NCBI GenBank assembly: GCA_021817565.1
Contig: JAKAUP010000007.1
Coordinates: 152,497 to 216,496 of the forward strand
DNA from: Candidatus Micrarchaeota archaeon
GTDB lineage: Archaea; Micrarchaeota; Micrarchaeia; Micrarchaeales; Micrarchaeaceae
Direction: 5' to 3'
Length of the DNA: 64,000 nt
The translations under genes were made by a program, and so were the position numbers. Shown piece by piece: positions 60,770-64,000 of the stretch (its first letter is position 1; each line of letters opens with the position of its first letter). The notes below the pieces were generated by a model. That model was given only the letters and a program-made list of their open reading frames with translations. It had not been told where the DNA came from and made no database searches.

Positions 60770-60842
60770 AACATTCTTTTTCTTATTGCAAGCATTATAT
60801 TGTTTTGCATCGAGTATAAGTAAGTTTATCTAGGGTAATTTA

Positions 60843-62006
60843 TTGCTCATAGGAATAATAGGCGCGCCGAACAAGGGCAAGAGCACGCTCTTCTCGGCGA
60901 TAACCCTCAGCGATGTGCATATTGCAGACTATCCATTTACGACCATAGATCCGAACAGCGGAGTATCATACGTTACAACAAGGTGCCCGCATATGGATTT
61001 GGGCGTAAAGTGCAATCCGAGGAACCTGTACTGCAAGAACGGGAGAAGGGCAGTACCAGTAAATGTTGTGGATGTTGCAGGGTTGGTTGAGGGCGCACAT
61101 GAAGGAAAAGGGATGGGCAACAAGTTCCTCAACGATCTTAGCTCTGCAAACGGTTTCATCATAGTAGTTGATGCTAGCGGAAAGACCGACAAAAACGGGA
61201 ATAAGTGCGCAGGCTCCAATCCCAAGGAGGATTTAGATCTGGTAAAGGATGAACTTGTGGAATGGTTCTCAGACATCATACGCAGGCACTGGAAGAAGAT
61301 CTATACCAGCGAGAGCCTGAGCCAGGAACTGTTCAAGGTGCTTACCGGAATGGGAATAGAGAGGGGAGCAGTCGATAAGGCCATATCCGTGTCAGGAGTA
61401 AGGAAAGAGAGAGAGCCGGACAGCGAATCCATGAAGAGGCTCGCGTGGAGCATCCTAAGGGAATCAAAGCCGATAATCGTATGCGCAAACAAGATGGACG
61501 ACCCTGCAGCACCACTCCTTTTCGAAAGGCTCAAGAGGGATAGCGAGTTTGTTTGCGTTCCTTGTTCCGCTGCGATAGAACTCGCGTTAAGGAAAGCGGA
61601 TAGTACTGGGCTGATAGATTACGATGTTGAAGAATGCACTTTCAAGATGATGAAAGAGCCTGACGAATCACAGAAAGCAGCGCTCTCGTACATGGAATCA
61701 ATCTTAAAGAGCGGCAGGTCTGATGTGCAGCGCATGCTGAACGAGCTTGTATTCGGATTACTTGGAAGAATAGTCGTCTACCCGGTTGAGGACGAGAACA
61801 AGTACACGGACCACTACGGGAATGTCCTACCTGATGCGATACTGGTAAGGAAGGGATCCACTGCGCAAGAGCTTGCGGAGGCCATACACACGGACCTTGC
61901 AAAGGGGATGCTTTACGCGGTGGATGCAAGGACGAAGAGGAGAGTCGGAAAGGATTATATACTTAAGGAAGGAGACGTTATAAGGATTGTAAGCGCGATA
62001 AGGTAA
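60843..62006 (+). CDS. OBG-family YchF/Ygr210-like NTPase with TGS domain
   Basis: GAPNKGKST, YPFTTIDPN, DVAGLV, NKMD, IHTDL. Confidence 0.92.
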   Translation: MLIGIIGAPNKGKSTLFSAITLSDVHIADYPFTTIDPNSGVSYVTTRCPHMDLGVKCNPRNLYCKNGRRAVPVNVVDVAGLVEGAHEGKGMGNKFLNDLSSANGFIIVVDASGKTDKNGNKCAGSNPKEDLDLVKDELVEWFSDIIRRHWKKIYTSESLSQELFKVLTGMGIERGAVDKAISVSGVRKEREPDSESMKRLAWSILRESKPIIVCANKMDDPAAPLLFERLKRDSEFVCVPCSAAIELALRKADSTGLIDYDVEECTFKMMKEPDESQKAALSYMESILKSGRSDVQRMLNELVFGLLGRIVVYPVEDENKYTDHYGNVLPDAILVRKGSTAQELAEAIHTDLAKGMLYAVDARTKRRVGKDYILKEGDVIRIVSAIR

Positions 62007-62014
62007 GATAAACG

Positions 62015-62548
62015 ATGGAGGAGAAGGTAATACTTGTAGACGAGCACGACAATCAGATAGGCACGGAGGAAAAGATGAGTGCCCACAGAGCCGGGAAGCT
62101 CCACCGCGCCTTCTCCATCTTTGTTTTTGACGATAAAAAGAGAATGCTTCTCCAGCGAAGGGCGCTTTCAAAGTACCATTCTGGCGGGCTATGGACAAAC
62201 ACCTGTTGTAGCCATCCAAGGGAGCATGAACAGGTAATGGATGCGGCGCACAGGCGCCTGAAAGAAGAGATGGGTTTTGACACAAAACTCAAAGAGGTAT
62301 TCTCGTTCACTTATTTTGCCGAACTGGACAAGGGGCTGAAGGAGCACGAGTTCGATCACGTGCTTGTCGGAAAGTACACAGGCAAGGATATCAGACCGGA
62401 TCCAAACGAGGTCGACTCGTTCAGATGGGCGACGCTTGAGGAGGTAGCAGAGGACATGAAGGAAAGGCCAAACCAATACACCGCGTGGTTCGTTATATCG
62501 ATAGACAGGGTAATAAGTTTCTACGAGGAGCACGGAAGGCAGATGTAG
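62015..62548 (+). CDS. idi: Type 1 (Nudix) isopentenyl-diphosphate isomerase
   Basis: HRAFS, WTNTCCSHP, RRL.EEMG, EHEFDHV, P.EV, T.WF. Confidence 0.93.
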   Translation: MEEKVILVDEHDNQIGTEEKMSAHRAGKLHRAFSIFVFDDKKRMLLQRRALSKYHSGGLWTNTCCSHPREHEQVMDAAHRRLKEEMGFDTKLKEVFSFTYFAELDKGLKEHEFDHVLVGKYTGKDIRPDPNEVDSFRWATLEEVAEDMKERPNQYTAWFVISIDRVISFYEEHGRQM

Positions 62549-62600
62549 CCACTCGGATAATAATAAATAGGTTTCCAAAGAATCATTTTAGGTAATAATA

Positions 62601-62756
62601 ATGGCATCGTTATATTCTCCGCAATCGCAGGCAGGAGTACTGAGCTTTTATGACGCTCCGACAAAGGGGCCAAAGATAAACCCGAAGTACGTACTGATAG
62701 GCGTCACAATATTTGCAATCGCCATACTGATCGCCAACCACCTCATCTACTACTGA
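62601..62756 (+). CDS. secG: Preprotein translocase subunit Sec61beta
   Basis: Uncalled 51-aa ORF: MASLYSPQSQAGVLSFYDAPTKGPKINPKYV followed by a TM helix. Confidence 0.88.
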   Translation: MASLYSPQSQAGVLSFYDAPTKGPKINPKYVLIGVTIFAIAILIANHLIYY

Positions 62757-62865
62757 GACTTTCCTTTAAAATCAAGCGGGTCGCGTGATAATACGGCATT
62801 CAAACTAGGAAAACCTAAAAGGCGCTTTGCGGGAATAGATCAGAACGCTAGCCAGCCATATGGTG

Positions 62866-64000
62866 TTAATCGAGCCTTTTCCCAAGAGAGAGCACGATGA
62901 CTGCAGCTAGGACGGATAAGCTTCCTGCGTAAGCGTAGGAATAGACAGGGCTGATTGTGTAAAGGATCCCCATAATCAGGTTTCCAAGGAATATGCCTAT
63001 GCTCCTGGATGCTGTAAGCGCGCCCATCCCCTTGCCTATGTCTGAAGACTTCACAACGGATATTATGCTCGGTTCCATGGTATCTATAACACCCACACCC
63101 ATGCCTATGAGTAATATGGAGACGTACATGGGCAGAATACCAAGGCCAAACAGGTAAGAGATCCCGAGAACAATAGTTGCGATTCCGGAAAGCAGATACC
63201 CAAGGATCCCGAGACCATAAACAGGCCTTATCCTTTTCCTTCCAATATAATACCCGAAGAGGGCGGATCCAAGCAGGAATATGAGGTAAGAGAGGTAGCC
63301 AAGCGCGTCCTTGCCAGAATATTCAGCCACAGTAAGTATGGGAAATCCAAGGCTGTAGAAGCTGAAGCCATAAAGGGAGGTAGCAATTATCACGCCAAAA
63401 AACGCGTTTTTTTCTATCCTTACCCTATTCATGCTCTTTCCCGCATTCCTTAGCTTCCCTGAAATCTTCTTTTTCTCCTTTACCAGCAGCAGAAGGATGG
63501 ACGAGAAAAGTATCGGTATCGCAGTAAGGAGTATTATGGAACGCAGGCCCAATCCAAAATACAAGAGCGCAAGAAGAATGGTTATGGACAATACCCCGCC
63601 ACCAACGTCCATCGCGTTCAGAAAACCATAAACAAGCGTGCGATTCTTATCGTTTACCTCATCATCTATGAGCGCACGCCTTGATGGAGACCTGAAGTTT
63701 CTGGAGAGCCAGCCTCCTGCAAAAAGGGCAGATGCCTCGTAGTAATTAGAGGCAAGGCCACTAAGCGAGAGGATCGGTATAAGGATATTCCCTATCAATG
63801 TTACCCTTTTTTTGCCGTACTTGCCGGAAAGCAGTCCACCAAAATACCCGAAGAGGGCTCCAAATCCGTAAGAAACAGCAACAACCAACCCGAAGACATA
63901 AACAGGGGCATGAAGGATAATTACGAGAAAGACTGGGAGTACGGCTATGACTGTCTGGTACCCTAAGTCGGCAAAGAAGGCCGAAAGAGAGATGAGCAAC
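62866..64000 (-). CDS. MFS transporter (N-terminus outside the window)
   Basis: G.LS.KYGKK motif A-like, R.P.RRALI, multiple TMs. Confidence 0.88.
   Translation of the reverse strand, partial: LLISLSAFFADLGYQTVIAVLPVFLVIILHAPVYVFGLVVAVSYGFGALFGYFGGLLSGKYGKKRVTLIGNILIPILSLSGLASNYYEASALFAGGWLSRNFRSPSRRALIDDEVNDKNRTLVYGFLNAMDVGGGVLSITILLALLYFGLGLRSIILLTAIPILFSSILLLLVKEKKKISGKLRNAGKSMNRVRIEKNAFFGVIIATSLYGFSFYSLGFPILTVAEYSGKDALGYLSYLIFLLGSALFGYYIGRKRIRPVYGLGILGYLLSGIATIVLGISYLFGLGILPMYVSILLIGMGVGVIDTMEPSIISVVKSSDIGKGMGALTASRSIGIFLGNLIMGILYTISPVYSYAYAGSLSVLAAVIVLSLGKRLD

Noticed and set aside
1..64000. Amber (TAG) recoding suggested by in-frame TAG junctions
   Set aside because: Well-known proteins end at their expected C-termini on TAG, conserved genes have no internal TAG, and no pyl genes are present in the window.
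1..64000. CRISPR array, rRNA, IS/transposase, integrase
   Set aside because: No regularly spaced repeats, rRNA signatures or recombinase motifs were seen.

Overview
Gene-dense archaeal chromosome segment, most consistent with a Candidatus Micrarchaeota (ARMAN-like DPANN) genome. This is inferred from the QSAMEYLTTYGWAIL prepilin/LamG cluster, the K-E-C-F-A-B-D-H-I ATPase order and extreme gene compaction. Most of the window is housekeeping: PolD (DP2, DP1), PolX, NreA, topoisomerase IA, DnaG, Hjc, Hef helicase, Rpo4, Rpo7, Spt4, eL21, pelota, fibrillarin, Taw1, TrmI, an A/V-ATPase operon, Alba, Sec61beta, type 1 IDI, transporters and three tRNAs (intron-containing Phe-GAA, Gly-GCC, Leu-CAG). 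The most unusual items are altered-architecture paralogs of core machinery: a single-repeat (half) TBP, a protein with two tandem ribosomal P-stalk (aP1) dimerisation domains but no factor-binding tail, and a GluRS ending at the boundary of the anticodon-binding domain. Also notable are an uncalled 41-aa membrane ORF coupled inside the ATPase operon, an 83-bp direct-repeat-flanked AT-rich cassette carrying a frameshifted DUF6879-like gene and a DUF397-like gene, a Pho84-type MFS::DUF47 fusion, a structured anti-SD leader before dnaG, and a probable ACG start for taw1. No CRISPR array, rRNA, integrase or transposase was seen. All family calls come from motif recognition by eye, not from database searches.
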